Under the pieces are notes generated by a model. It worked only from the letters and a program-made list of their open reading frames with translations, had not been told where the DNA came from and did no database searches. A DNA stretch of 64,000 nucleotides, from the NCBI GenBank assembly GCA_964016885.1, contig OZ024742.1, positions 63,550,001-63,614,000 of the forward strand, in the 5' to 3' direction. A program made the position numbers and the translations under genes. Of the stretch, positions 25,186 to 38,189 are shown piece after piece (position 1 is the first letter of the stretch; every line of letters begins with the position of its first letter). The DNA is from Eledone cirrhosa (Eukaryota).

Positions 25186-25673
25186 CAGAGAAAAAAGTCA
25201 TTTGCAATCACATTTAAGGTCACTCTTTAAGATATAGAAGATAGGCATTACATTTTAATGATTTTAATTTAAAGAGAATCACGCTACACGATGCAACACA
25301 ATAACACACCACACTAACCTACACTACACTACACCAGATTATACCATACCTTGGTAAATTTATGATAGGTTTCCATGTTATAACTACACCAAACCAAACC
25401 ACACCATAACAAACTACATCGCACCATGCTATTAAACTCAGTGTGAAAAATTTTCTTCCTGCCTTTTTTGTGTGTGTGCTTACCACCCAATCTGACATTA
25501 AAAGTGTTCGCAATTAACTATTTTTTGCCCATATTATCAATGAAGACTTTGAAACCTGTTGAAAATGACTAGCTTTGTAGAAAAAAAGAGGGCGGAAAGT
25601 GGGTGGAAATACCATTCACAAAGCTTGTCATTTTTGATTGCAGTGTAAGTCATATTTGTTGTTAATATGGTAA

Positions 25674-26010
25674 TGGATGCACATGGCTTAGTGGTTAGAG
25701 CATTGGCCTTGCAATCGAAAGGTTGTGAGTTCAATTCTCAGACCAGGTGGTGTGTTGTTTCCTTGAGCAAGACACTTTATTTCACATTGCTCCAATTTAC
25801 TCAGCTGTAGAAATGAGATGATAGGGACTGAGGTCCCTATCATTCCACTGCAAAGTGGTCATGTAGGTTCCATGGCAAAAACCACCCAGCACTCACTGTA
25901 AATGAGGTTGGTGTTAGGAAGGGCATCCAGCTGTAGAAATCAAGCCAGAATCAGTTCCCGTCCCACCCTTGCAAGCAGGGAAAAGTGGACGTAAAATGAT
26001 GATGATGATG
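25674..26010 (+). mobile_element. family A SINE inserted in the satellite
   Basis: full copy flanked by atggtaa target-site duplication. Confidence 0.85.
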
Positions 26011-26927
26011 GTAAAAGCATAGTCGTCTGTGAGCATGTTAGAGGTTGGAAAACAATACCACATTAAACTACATCAAACTACACCATACCAAACTACACCA
26101 TAATACATCACACCATGCTATTAATCTCAGTGAGAACATTTTTCTTCCTTTTTTTTTTTCTGTGTGTGTGTGTGCTTACCACCCAATCTGATATCAAAGG
26201 TGCTCACAAATGACTATTTTTTTACACATTATCAATGTATATAACATGGAAACCTATCATTTGCAATAGGTTCCCATGTCATAACTACAACAATCCAAAC
26301 CACACCATAACAAACTACACCATTCTACATCACACCATGCTTTTGATCTCAGTGTGAAAAATGTTCTTCTTGTTTCTTTTTTTTTTTTGTTCTTACCACT
26401 CAATCTGACATCAAAGGTGCTGCAATTGACTATTTTTCGCACATATTATCAATAATTATGACATGGAAAACTGTCGATAATGACTAGCTTTGTAGAAAAA
26501 AGAGGGAGGATATGGGTAGAAATACCATTTACAAACCTAGTCATTTTTTATTGCAGCGGAAGTCATATTTTTTGTTAATATGCTAAAAGCATAGTCCACT
26601 GCGAGCATCTTGGAAGTTGTATTAGTTGATAGCACATGAAAAAGTGAAGGAAAAAATTTTTTTATTACATAAATCAAAGTGGAAATTTAATTCCTTACTT
26701 ATAACAAAGCACACCACACCACATTAATCTACCCCAAACTACACCATATCAAACAGCACCATATTATGGTAAATTTATTACAGAACACCTGCTCCTATCA
26801 TTTACATCACACCATGGTATGGACATCAAAGTGACAAATTTGCTACCTGCTTTTTTTTTTTTTTTGTGGTTACCACCCAAACTAACATCAAAGGTGCTTG
26901 CAAATAACTATTTTCCCACATTATCAA

Positions 26928-27110
26928 GGTGGATTGGCAGTATCAGTAGAGGGTCGGACGCCATGCTTTCCAGCATAGTTACGTCCCTTTACGATCTGAG
27001 TTCAAATCCCGCCGAGGTTGACTTTGCCTTTCATCCTTACGGGGTCGATAAAATAAAGTACCAGTAATGCACTGGGTAATTGCTGGCCTTGTGCCTAAAG
27101 TAGAAACAAT
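26928..27110 (+). mobile_element. family B SINE inserted in the satellite
   Basis: flanked by attatcaa; absent from the paralogous satellite modules. Confidence 0.85.
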
Positions 27111-30100
27111 TATCAATGAATATGACATGGGAATCTATCGTTTAGAATTGGTTTCCATTTCATAACTTCACCAAACCAGACCACACCATACCAAATTACA
27201 CCATACTACAATCACACCAAGCTATTGATCTTGATGTGAAACATTTTTTTCCCGTTTCATTTTTTTTTTTTTCTGTGTGCTTACCACCCAATTTGAGATT
27301 AAAGGTGCCCCCAATTTACTTTTTTTTTTCACATATCAATAATTATGACATGGAAACCTGTCGAAAATGACTATCTTTGTAGAAACTTCACCAAACCACA
27401 CCATACCAAGTTACACCATACTACATCACACCAAGCTATTGATCTTGGTGTGAAACATTTTCTTCCCGTTCCCTTTTTTGGGGGGTGGGGTGGGGGGGTG
27501 GGTGCTTACCACCCAATCTGACATTAAAGGTGCTCCCAATTGACTATTCTTTTTCCACTTATCAATAATTATGACATGGAAACCTGTCGAAAATGACTAT
27601 CTTTGTAGAAACTTCACCAAACCACACCCTACTACATCACACCAAGATATTGATTTTGGTGTGACAAATTTTCATCTGGCATTTTTTTTTTTTTTTTTTT
27701 GTGCTTACCGCCCAATTTGACATAAAAGGTGCTTGCAAATTACGATTTTATGCACATATTATCAATGGTTATGACATGGAAACCTGATGAAAATGACTAG
27801 CTTTGTAGAAAAAAGAGGGAGGATGTGGGTGGAAATACCATTTACAAACCTACCCATTTTTTTATTGCAGCGGAAGTCATATTTTTTGTTAATATGCTAA
27901 AAGCATAGTCCACTGCGAGCTTCTTGGAAGTTGATAGCACATGCAAAAATGAAGGGAAAATTTTTTTTCTAACATAAATCAAAGTGAAAATTTAAATCCT
28001 CACTTATAACAAAGCACCCCACAGCACATTAATCTACCCCAATCCACACCATAACCATACTTCACTATATGGTAAATTTATTACAAAACACCTACTCCTA
28101 CCATTTACATCACACCATGGTATGGACATCAATGTGACAAATTTGATGCCTGCTTTTTTTTGTGGTTACCACCTCAAACTAACATCAAAGGTGCTTGCAA
28201 ATGACTATTTTCCCCACACATTATCAATGAATATGACATGGGAATCTATCGTTTAGAATTGGTTTCCATTTCATAACTTCACCAAACCAGACCACACCAT
28301 ACCAAATTACACCATACTACAATCACACCAAGCTATTGATCTTGGTGTGAAACATTTTTTTCCCGTTTCCTTTTTTTTTTTTTCTGTGTTCTTACCACCC
28401 AATTTGAGATTAAAGGTACCCCCAATTTACTTTTTTTTTTCACATATCAATAATTATGACATGGAAACCTGTCGAAAATGACTATCTTTGTAGAAACTTC
28501 ACCAAACCACACCATACCAAGTTACACCATACTACATCACACCAAGCTATTGATCTTGGTGTGAAACACTTTTTTCCCGTTTCATTTTTTTTTTTTTCTG
28601 TGTGCTTATTACCCAATCTGACATTAAAGGTGCTCCCAATTTACTTTTTTTTTTTCACATATCAATAATTATGACATGGAAACCTGTCGAAAATGACTAT
28701 CTTTGTAGAAACTTCACCAAACTACACCATACTACATCACACCAAGCTATTGATTTTGGTGTGACAAACTTTCATTTGGCATTTTTTTTTTTTTTTGTGC
28801 TTACCACCCAATTTACCACCCAATTCGCAAATTACTATTTTATGCACATATTATCAATGGTTATGACATTGAAATCTAATGAAAATAACTAGCTTTGTAG
28901 AAAAAAGAGGGAGGATGTGGGTGGAAATACCATTTACAAACCTAGTCATTATTTATTGCAGCGGAAGTCATATTTTTTGTTAATATGCTAAAAGCATAAT
29001 CCACTGCGAGCATTTTGGAAGTTGATAGGACATGCAAAAATGAAGGAAAACATTTTTTTTCTAACATAAATCAAAGTGGAAATTTAAATCCTCACCTATA
29101 ACCAAACCACACCATACCAAGTTACACCATACTACATCACACCAAGCTATTGATCTTGGTGTGAAACATTTTCTTCCCGTTTCCTTTTTTTGGGGAGGGG
29201 GGGGGGTGCTTACCACCCAATCTGACATTAAAGGTGCTCCCAATTGACTATTCTTTTTCCACTTATCAATAATTATGACATGGAAACCTGTCGAAAATGA
29301 CTATCTTTGTAGAAACTTCACCAAACCACACCATACTACATCACACCAAGATATTGATTTTGGTGTGACAAATTTTCATCTGGCATTTTTTTTTTTTTTT
29401 TTTTTTTTTGTGCTTACCACCCAATTTGACATAAAAGGTGCTTGCAAATTACGATTTTATGCACATATTATCAATGGTTATGACATGGAAACCTGATGAA
29501 AATGACTAGCTTTGTAGAAAAAAGAGGGAGGATGTGGGTGGAAATACCATTTACAAACCTACCCATTTTTTTATTGCAGCGGAAGTCATATTTTTTGTTA
29601 ATATGCTAAAAGCATAGTCCACTGCGAGCTTCTTGGAAGTTGATAGCACATGCAAAAATGAAGGAAAAATTTTTTTTCTAACATAAATCAAAGTGGAAAT
29701 TTAAATCCTCACTTATAACAAAGCACACCACAGCACATTAATCTACCCCAATCCACACCATAACCATACTTCACTATATGGTAAATTTATTACAAAACAC
29801 CTACTCCTACCATTTACATCACACCATGGTATGGACATCAATGTGACAAATTTGATGCCTGCTTTTTTTTTTGTGGTTACCACCTCAAACTAACATCAAA
29901 GGTGCTTGCAAATGACCATTTTCCCCACACATTATCAATGAATATGACATGGGAATCTATCGTTTACAATTGGTTTCCATTTCATAACTTAACCAAACCA
30001 AACCACACCATACCAAGTTACACCACACTACATCACACCAAGCTATTGATCTTGGGTGAAACATTTTCTTCCCGTTTCCTTTTTTTTTTGTGTGTGTGTG

Positions 30101-31107
30101 CTTACCACCCAATCTGACATTAAAGGTGCTCCGAATTGACTATTTTTTTTCCACTTACCAATAATTATGACATGGAAACCTGTCGAAAATGACTATCTTT
30201 GTAGAAACTTCACCAAACCGCACCATACAACATCACACCAAGATATTGATTTTGGTGTGACAAATTTTCATCTGGCATTTTTTATTTATTTATTTTTTTT
30301 GTGCTTACCACCCAATTTGACATAAAAGGTGCTCACAAATTACTATTTTATGCACATATTATCAATGGTTATGACATGGAAACCTGATGAAAATGACTAG
30401 CTTTGTAGAAAAAAGAGGGAGGATGTGGGTGGAAATACCATTTACAAAGCTAGCCATTTTTTATTGCAGCGGAAGTCATATTTTTGGATAATATGCTAAA
30501 ACCATAGTCCACTGCGAGCTTCTTGGAAGTTGATAGCACATGCAAAAATGAAGGAAAAATTTTTTTTATAACATAAATCAAAGTGGTAATTTAAATCCTC
30601 ACTTATAACAAAACATACCACAGCACATTAATCTACCCCAATCCACACCATATACTTCACCATATGGTAAATTTATTACAGAACACCTACTCCTACCATT
30701 TACATCACACCAATGCTCGCAGTTGACTATTTTTTTCACATATTATGAATGAATATAACTTTGAAACCTATCGTCAATGATTAGCTTTGTAGAAAAATGA
30801 AGGCAGAAAGTGGGTGGAAAAACCATTCACAAAGCTAGTCATTTTTAATTGCAGTGGAAATCATATTTGTTGTTAATATGCTAAAAAAATAGACAATTGC
30901 AAGCATTTTGGAGGTCGGATTAGTTGATAGGACATAAAAAAACAAAGGAAAACAAATATTGTCTACATGTTCCTGTGGAAAGTCGGGTCTTCTGTATTAC
31001 TGTGTGACGCCAGAGGTCATGGTCGTGTGTCATTGCCCTTGAGAGGTGCAATTGGGAAAGGTCGGCTTAGAAATATTTACTTCTGCGTTCACAGATTGAT
31101 TTTTTTT

Positions 31108-31159
31108 AGTTTCAGAAGATCCCATTAAGGGTGAAAGCAGCCAATTCTTTGCTTAAACT
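31108..31159 (+). ncRNA. hammerhead-like ribozyme with U4A core variant (copy 1)
   Basis: AGUUU-CAGAAGA-U(CCC AUUAA GGG)U-GAAA-GCAG CCAAUUCU UUGC-UU/AAACU; stem I extended by ACAGAUUGA/UUAAUCUGU. Confidence 0.75.
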
Positions 31160-31480
31160 TTAATCTGTTATTTTAATAAATATTTGCTCTACAGTTCTTA
31201 TATATTTGATATATATTTATCCTTATCGAGCCCTCTTTGGATGTTAGTCTTCAAATTTATTATTATTACTGTTTGGATCCCTTGATTGAGTACTCTATTG
31301 ACTTATATTCATCATGCAGAAACAACATCTCGATATTTCTACAAAGAACATACCCGTACCAAGCAGGAAGAAATACCTAAAACTACGTCTCCACGAACCA
31401 AAGTATCGCCTTCCTGTCTTCCTTCGGTTGCAACGTTTTTCGAAATATTTACTTCTGCGTTCACAGATTGATTTGTTTTT

Positions 31481-31532
31481 AGTTTCAGAAGATCCCATTA
31501 AGGGTGAAAGCAGCCGATTCTTTGCTTAAACT
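31481..31532 (+). ncRNA. hammerhead-like ribozyme with U4A core variant (copy 2)
   Basis: same fold; differences confined to loop III and the stem I bulge. Confidence 0.75.
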
Positions 31533-31659
31533 TTAATCTGTTATTTTAATAAATATTTGCTCTACGGTTCTTATATAATTGATATATATTTATCCCTATC
31601 GAGTCCTCTTTGGATTTTAGTCTTCATATGTATTATTATTACTATATATATATATATCA

Positions 31660-32917
31660 TCATCATCATCATCATCATCAACGTTTAACGTCCGTGTTCC
31701 ACGCTTGCATGGGTTTGGACGGGGGTAGTCCCACTTGAGGCAAGAGTGATTGTCTTGCTCGCATAGGACTGTCTGGCAGGTTTTCTACAGTTGGATGCCC
31801 TTCCTAACACCAACCACATTTACAGTGTGGGTCTGGGAGGTTTTTACCGTGTTGCCTACACGGCCACATTACAGCGTGGACTGTGTGTTTTTTTGTCGTG
31901 ACACCTACACGATCTCATTTGTTTCGGCCTCGATGGCGCGGCACCAACATAACTTTACATAGAACGGGGTGGTGTGGATGGGGTGGTGGTGGTGGTGGTG
32001 GGACGGGGTGTATTTTGTTAGAGATGCCTACTGGCTGTAGTAGATTTTACTATGTATTTAGGTAAGGCGGGTCTTCTCTGTTACTGAGTACCGCCAAAGG
32101 TCTCGGTCCAGTGACATTGTCTTGGAGAGGTGTAAGTGTGTGAGGTCGGAGTTTATCAGCTCGTCCCAGGTTTTTCTAGGTCTGCCTATTCCGTGGCTAC
32201 CGTCTATCTTTATTTCCCTGCACTTTGTTATACAGCTATCGACTTTCATGCGCATCACATGTCCATACCAACGTAGCCTTCTCTCGAGTAAACAACATCT
32301 GATCCCTCTTATTTCTAATTTTTTCCTTAGTTCGTTTATGCTTTGCCGTTCACGTATATTACTGTTACACATCCAGCGGAGCATGCAAGCTTCGTTCCTC
32401 TCTAGTCTGCGTATATCCTCTGCACACAATGCCCAGGTCTCACTGCCATGCAACATTGCTGTTCGTATGCAGGCATCGTACAACCTGCCTTTCATTTTTA
32501 GGGAGAACCCTTTAGCAGCTAATAGTGGTATAAGCTCTCTGAACTTTTTCCAACCAGTTCTGACTCTAGCTACTGTACTTTCAGAGCACCCTCCCCCACT
32601 GCTGATTTTATCGCCCAGGTAACGGAAGCTGTCCACTATTTCTATAGAACCCTCAGCGCAATTGAAGGAGCTAGTATTTTGTGGGCACTTGCTGCTACTT
32701 ATTGCACCAGAGCACCGGCCACATGTAAAATCTATGTTCTTAGTTAGCTTACCTGTGATCCCACTACATCTTTTATGCACCCATACTTTGCATTTAGGAC
32801 ATAAAATGGAGTTTCTACCTACGCCTTTCCTACACACCGAGCACGACCATTTCCCAGAAGGGACCGCCGCCTTGTTTTCTTTCCTACAAACTAGAACTTT
32901 AGTCTTAGCCAGGTTAA
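31660..32917 (-). mobile_element. young 5'-truncated RTE LINE with PHD-type finger
   Basis: open frame INLAKTKV..CSVC..CPKC..HKRC..CGRC..FRYLG..LHGSETW..RRLRWYGHV..GRPRKTW; 3'UTR ending in (GAT)n. Confidence 0.92.
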
Positions 32918-32920
32918 TTT

Positions 32921-32953
<33 letters not shown>

Positions 32954-32984
32954 ATATTAGTTTATATATATGTGTGTGTATATT

Positions 32985-33348
32985 GAGAGCATTGGCCTTG
33001 CAATCGAAAGGTTGTGAGTTCAATTCTCACACCGGGTGATGTGTTGTTTCCTTGAGCAAGACACTTTATTTCACATTTCTCCAGTTTACTCAGCTGTAGA
33101 AATGAGATGATAGGACTGGGGTCCCTATCATTCCACTGCAAAGTGGCCGTGGAGGTGCCATGGCAAAAAAGCATCCAGCCCACACTGTAAAGTGGATGTG
33201 GAGGTGCCACGGGAAAAAAGCACCCAGCACTCACTGTAAATGAGGTTGGTGTTAGGAAGGGCATCCAGCTGTAGAAATCAAGCCAGAATCAGTTCCCGTC
33301 CCACCCTTGCAAGCAGGGAAAAAGTGGACGTAAAATGAAATGATGATG
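32985..33348 (+). mobile_element. family A SINE
   Basis: near-identical to 2853-3233. Confidence 0.88.
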
Positions 33349-33349
33349 A

Positions 33350-33682
33350 ATGCTCCCAGCTGTGGTCACCCAATAGTATCAAACTAACCATGGAGCTTGA
33401 AGCAATCCAATGAAGCTACATCAAGAAGGTTGCCACGATGAAGGAGATAAACTACTGTGAGAGTCTAAAAGAACTGAAACTCTACTCCTCGGAATGAAGA
33501 TGGGAGAGATATGCAATGATATACATATGGAAAATCCTGGGGGGACTATGACCAAACTTTCGCATTGAGAGCTGGACCAATTCTCGAACAGGATGTCACT
33601 GTTTGGTACCAAAGGTCCCGTCTTTCACATCTAGAATCAGGAGCAGCTATTGCAATAGCCTGGGGTTCAAAGGCCCTCAACT
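33350..33682 (+). mobile_element. CR1/L2-like LINE fragment
   Basis: LEAIQ..YCESLKELKLYS remnants; homologous to 36667-37200 (-). Confidence 0.7.
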
Positions 33683-33754
33683 TGGTTTTCAAAATTTAAA
33701 TTTGTGTTTCCTATTCATCAATGCTTCAAGTAAGCTATAAAACTCTGTTATATT

Positions 33755-34138
33755 TCATCATCATCATTTTATGTCAGTTCTTCTACGCTAGCATGGGTTG
33801 TCCTGTTGTGGGCAGTGTCCGGTCGGCTGACCTTGTCTTGCACATACGGGAACTGATTCTGTCTTGATTTCTACAGCTGGATGCCCTTCCTAACACCAAC
33901 CTCATTTACAGTGAGTGCTGGGTGTTTTGTTTTTTTTTGCCGTGGCACCTCCACGACCACTTTGCAGTGGAATGATAGGGACCCCAGTCCTATCATCTCA
34001 TTTCTACAGCTGAATCAACTGGAGTAATGTGAAATAAAGTGTCTTGCTCAAGGAAACAACACATCACCCGGTTCGAGAATTAAACTCACAACCTTCCAAT
34101 TGCAAGCCCAATGCTCTAACCACTGAGCCATGTGCCTT
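33755..34138 (-). mobile_element. family A SINE
   Basis: reverse complement of the family A consensus. Confidence 0.8.
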
Positions 34139-34169
34139 CTATTGTTGGCAATGTTAGGTTAGGTTACCA

Positions 34170-35125
34170 TGTCTTGCTCATAAAGAACTGATTTTGGCTT
34201 GGTTTCTACAGCTGGATGCCCTTCCTAATGCCAAGCTCATTTACAGTGAGTACTGGGTGTTTTTTGTTGTGATTCCTCCACGACTACTTTACAGTGTGGA
34301 CTGGGTGTTTTTTACCCTGTCACCATCACGACCACTTTACAGTGTCTCGGCCTGTTCTCATGAAAGATATATTGGTGTGTGGGATGGAGTGGTGCATACT
34401 GTATGTATGTTTCAGCCTTGGCCTGGGCCCGTGGGAAGTTGGGGTTTCTGTATTACCTCATAACGCCAGAGATCTTGGTCCTGTGTCATTGCCTTTCAGA
34501 GGTGCAATTGAGCAAGGTCAGCTTTTATCATTTCATCTCAAGTCTTTCTGGGACTTTATGTAGCTGTCATCCTTCATACGAATCACATGTCCATACCAAC
34601 ATAATCTCCTCTCCTGCACACAACATTTTATTCCTCTTATGCCTAGTTTCTCTTTCAGTTTGTTTATGCTTTGCTGTTCGCGTATATTACTATTACACAT
34701 CCATTGGAGCATACAAGCTTCATTCCTTTCTAATCTATGCAAGTCTTCTACACACAGCGCCCAGCTCTCACTACCATGCAACATTGCTGTTCATATGCAC
34801 ACATCATACAGTCTACCTTTTATTCTGAGGGAAAAGCCTTTTGTATCCAGCTGTGGCAGTAGCTCCCTCAACTTCTTCCATCCCGTTCTTTCAGAACACC
34901 CCCCTCCGCTGCTAATTCGGTATTGTTTTTACCAAGTCCTCCCAGACTTTGATGTCACTTGTTTTCAGTGATTGTTTGCTACTTACTGTCCTGGTGCAAC
35001 TGCTACATGTAAAGCCTACATTATTAATTAAACTTCCTGAGATCCCACTACATCTCTTGTGTACCCATAGTTTGCATATGGGGCAGAGGATGGCGTTTCT
35101 ACCTACACCTCTCCTACATAATGAG
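34170..35125 (-). mobile_element. degenerate RTE LINE fragment
   Basis: MLHGSESWALC..RRLCWYGHV; PHD remnant. Confidence 0.85.
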
Positions 35126-35414
35126 CACACACACACACACATATATATACACACACTCACATATATATATATATATACTAACCGAATTACCAGCGCCTTG
35201 TTGCGTTTCACACATTTTGTTTGTAAGAAAATGATAATTGATTTTAAATCAGTGATATAATTTATGGAGAAAAACTCAATATTACTCAATGTAAAATGTA
35301 ATGCATGAAAAATTGGAAAACATAATTTTTTGTAATATATCAAATCAAAATTGCATTATTAAATCTTATTCTTATTTTGTTTCTTGTAAATAATTTTTTT
35401 CAAAATATCAATTG

Positions 35415-36159
35415 AAAACTTTTGTGAATAGGCATCATATCTTGTCATTTACCTATGGTTTAAGTTTCATATAAATCGAAACGGAAAAGTTTTCAGCGGG
35501 GGTTTGTACCCTCGGGGAACCCTAATAGGGGGTTTAACCTCCATTAAGATGTCTTATAGTATTGAAATTTTGTGAATAGGCATCATATCTCTTCATTTAT
35601 CTATGGTTTAAATTACATATAAATCGAACCGAAAATATTTTCAGCGGGGATTTTGTGCCCCCTGGTGAACCCTAATAGGGGGTTTAACCCCCATTAGGGT
35701 ATTGTAATTTTATTGAAATTTGCTGAAATGATGTGAATAGGCATCATATCTTGTTGTTTACCTATGGTTTAAATTGCATATAAATCGAAGGGAAAACATT
35801 TTCAGCAGGTGAACCCTAATAGGGGGTTTAACCCCCATTAGGGTATTTTAATTTTATAGAAATTTGCTGAAATTTTGTGAATAGGCATCATATCTTGTCA
35901 TTTACCTATGGTTTAAATTTCATATAAATCGAAGGTAAAGTTTCAGCGGCGGTTTTGTGCCCCCGATGAACCCTTTGATTAAAATGAAATATACTTATAC
36001 AAGTACCCTGGGAAATGTAGTTTCAGAATATATATGGTTATGGGGGTCTATCTCCAAAACCATAGGAGGACTTCGTAAAATCTTGTTCCATTTATTGGTC
36101 AAACTTTTCACTATAGGGCGTTTAACCCCATTAGGGTGTCTTAATATTATTGAAATTTG

Positions 36160-36160
<1 letters not shown>
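35415..36160. repeat. ~150 bp tandem repeat (4+ units), possibly transposon subterminal repeats
   Basis: gtgaataggcatcatatct..cctatggttta..aaatcgaa..cagcggg..aaccctaatagggggtttaacc recurs near 35425, 35575, 35735 and 35878. Confidence 0.8.
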
Positions 36161-36237
<77 letters not shown>

Positions 36238-36272
36238 AACACACACACACATATATATATATATACACACAA

Positions 36273-36303
<31 letters not shown>

Positions 36304-36520
36304 CACACACATACACAAACGCACACACACATATTTATATCTTTTAGCAGAGCATTTTAATATTGCGACTCAATGAAAACCCTTTGTTTGTTTGGAATAA
36401 ATGAATTTTGAAAATTAGGAGTGCCTGTCAGTGTGTATGTGTTTGTCTACTTAGCATCAATTTACTACCCTCCCCTACCACCAGAAAATGTATAAATACC
36501 ACCAAATTACATTGACAGTC

Positions 36521-36572
36521 GGCTTTTCTGATGATTTCCTCCGAATGAAACAGTTCTAGTCCTGTTGAAGCC
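36521..36572 (+). ncRNA. hammerhead ribozyme type I, homolog of the 12422 HHR
   Basis: GGCUUUU-CUGAUGA-U(UUC CUCC GAA)U-GAAA-CAG UUCUAGUC CUG-UU/GAAGCC; upstream TATAAATA context shared. Confidence 0.82.
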
Positions 36573-36659
36573 ATTTCTATATTAAATATATATATATATA
36601 CTCTTTTAGCTGTTCCAGCCATCTGGCTGAGACCATGAATGGGCACTGCCCTTGTTGCT

Positions 36660-37210
36660 ACACATTCTATCTCCAGCCTGTGTTGACTGGCCATTGATGT
36701 AAGAGGGAGTTCGTTGCTGCTGCCCTTAGGTTACCTTCGTACCGTGATGTAGGCTCATCCGGGATCCTGGATAACAGGGTGTCGAGAAGTTTCTTGAAAA
36801 TGTCCACGGCCACACCATGTAGATCTCTCAAATCCCTCGGCAGTTTGTTGAAGAGTTGAGGGCCTTTGAACCCCAGTCTATTGCAATATCTGCTTCTTGT
36901 TCTAGATGTGGAAGACGGGATCTTTGTCACCACACAGTGACGTCCTGTTTGGGGGTTGGTCCCGCTATCAATACCAAAGTTTGGCGCTAGTCCCTCCAGG
37001 ATTTTCCATATGTATATCCCTGCGTATCTCTCCCGTCTTCGTTCCAAGGAGTAGAGTTTCAGTTCTTTTAGCCTCTCCCAGTAGCTCATCTCCTTCATCG
37101 TGCAATCCTCTTGGTGTAGCTTCGTTGGATTGTCTCAAGTTCCGTGGTTAGTTTGATACTATGGGGTGACCACAGTTGGGAGCAATAGTCCAGGCAGCTT
37201 AGGACAAATG
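36660..37210 (-). mobile_element. CR1/L2-like LINE 3' fragment
   Basis: SYWERLKELKLYSLERRRERY..GPQLFNKLP..FKKLLD. Confidence 0.85.
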
Positions 37211-37388
37211 GCTTTCATAGAATCAACATGGTCTCCCGGTCTCTTATATAGAAAACCTCAAATAAAAAGTCAAGATTTGTTTCGATTTAACAGAGCAGAA
37301 AGAATTCGCGTCAGGATATTCCAACCAATCCAGCCTATATCAGCTGAATAAATATGTATATGGAGATATATATATACACACCCACATG

Positions 37389-37430
<42 letters not shown>

Positions 37431-37487
37431 CACACACACATATATATACACACACACACACTCATACATACATGCATGCATGCATAC

Positions 37488-38117
37488 ATGATGGCTGCCC
37501 CCTCGTTATCGAGTATGGCCATTGCACGATATACCATTATTAATAATTATTAATTAATTCTATCGTGCAATGCCTGTGCATGAAGATAATTTTTTTAATG
37601 AGGAAAGACTGTGCACAGAGCCAATCCCACTCTCTGAGCGACAGTACCTATAACCCGAAAAGAAGAAAATATCAACATCATCGGTAACTACTGAGCCGCA
37701 GGTTTTATATCGGAGTTATCCCAGTTTCCTGAGTTGCCTTCTCCTAGAAGAATGCCCTGACAAAGGCTAGGGGTTCTTCACTCCCAGTTGTTTAACCGCG
37801 CGATCGGGTGTCCAGCCCGATAATTTTTCTATGTCCCTGCGCATGTACATACACATGCACCCATGTATATACACATATACATATACATACATATGTACAT
37901 GTGTATATACATATTTACACACTTTTGGATGGCCGTTGACTCTTATGAGATCTTTCGCCCTTTGTCAGGTTTTGTTTTTTGTCCTGCAGGGTGTCCAAAA
38001 TCACCCTCCTCACCAAGTAAACTTGGTGGGGTTGCCGGTTTAGTCGCCGACGACCCGACCATGCGACAAGTTGTACTGGGTTACATGTTACCAATAGCAC
38101 TCAAGAGTGACCCGACA
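37488..38117 (-). mobile_element. non-autonomous RTE-derived element
   Basis: homologous to 11659-12050, including the terminal hairpin and (TATG)n tail. Confidence 0.6.
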
Positions 38118-38189
38118 TACATACATACTAAATGATGGCTGAAAACTCGTGTTCAAGTATTTCCATCGCCCGATAAAATGTTCAAAAAT

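Larger units (their letters stand above)
25280..30960. repeat. complex higher-order tandem repeat
   Basis: recurrent modules gacatggaaacctg, tgactagctttgtagaaaaaagagggagg, caccaagctattgatc and cttaccacccaatctgacat in irregular order. Confidence 0.9.
31070..31643 (+). mobile_element. retrozyme-like unit: ~200 bp HHR-containing direct repeats, period 373 bp
   Basis: repeats 31070-31270 and 31442-31643, each with an HHR fold; ends in (TA)n. Confidence 0.75.

Noticed and set aside
27783-27815. CTGATGA..GAAA in the satellite as a hammerhead
   Set aside because: No stems I or III; paralogous modules read CTGTCGA
37920-38117. HDV-like ribozyme at the 5' end of the RTE-derived element
   Set aside because: Could not build the nested double pseudoknot by eye; needs a descriptor search
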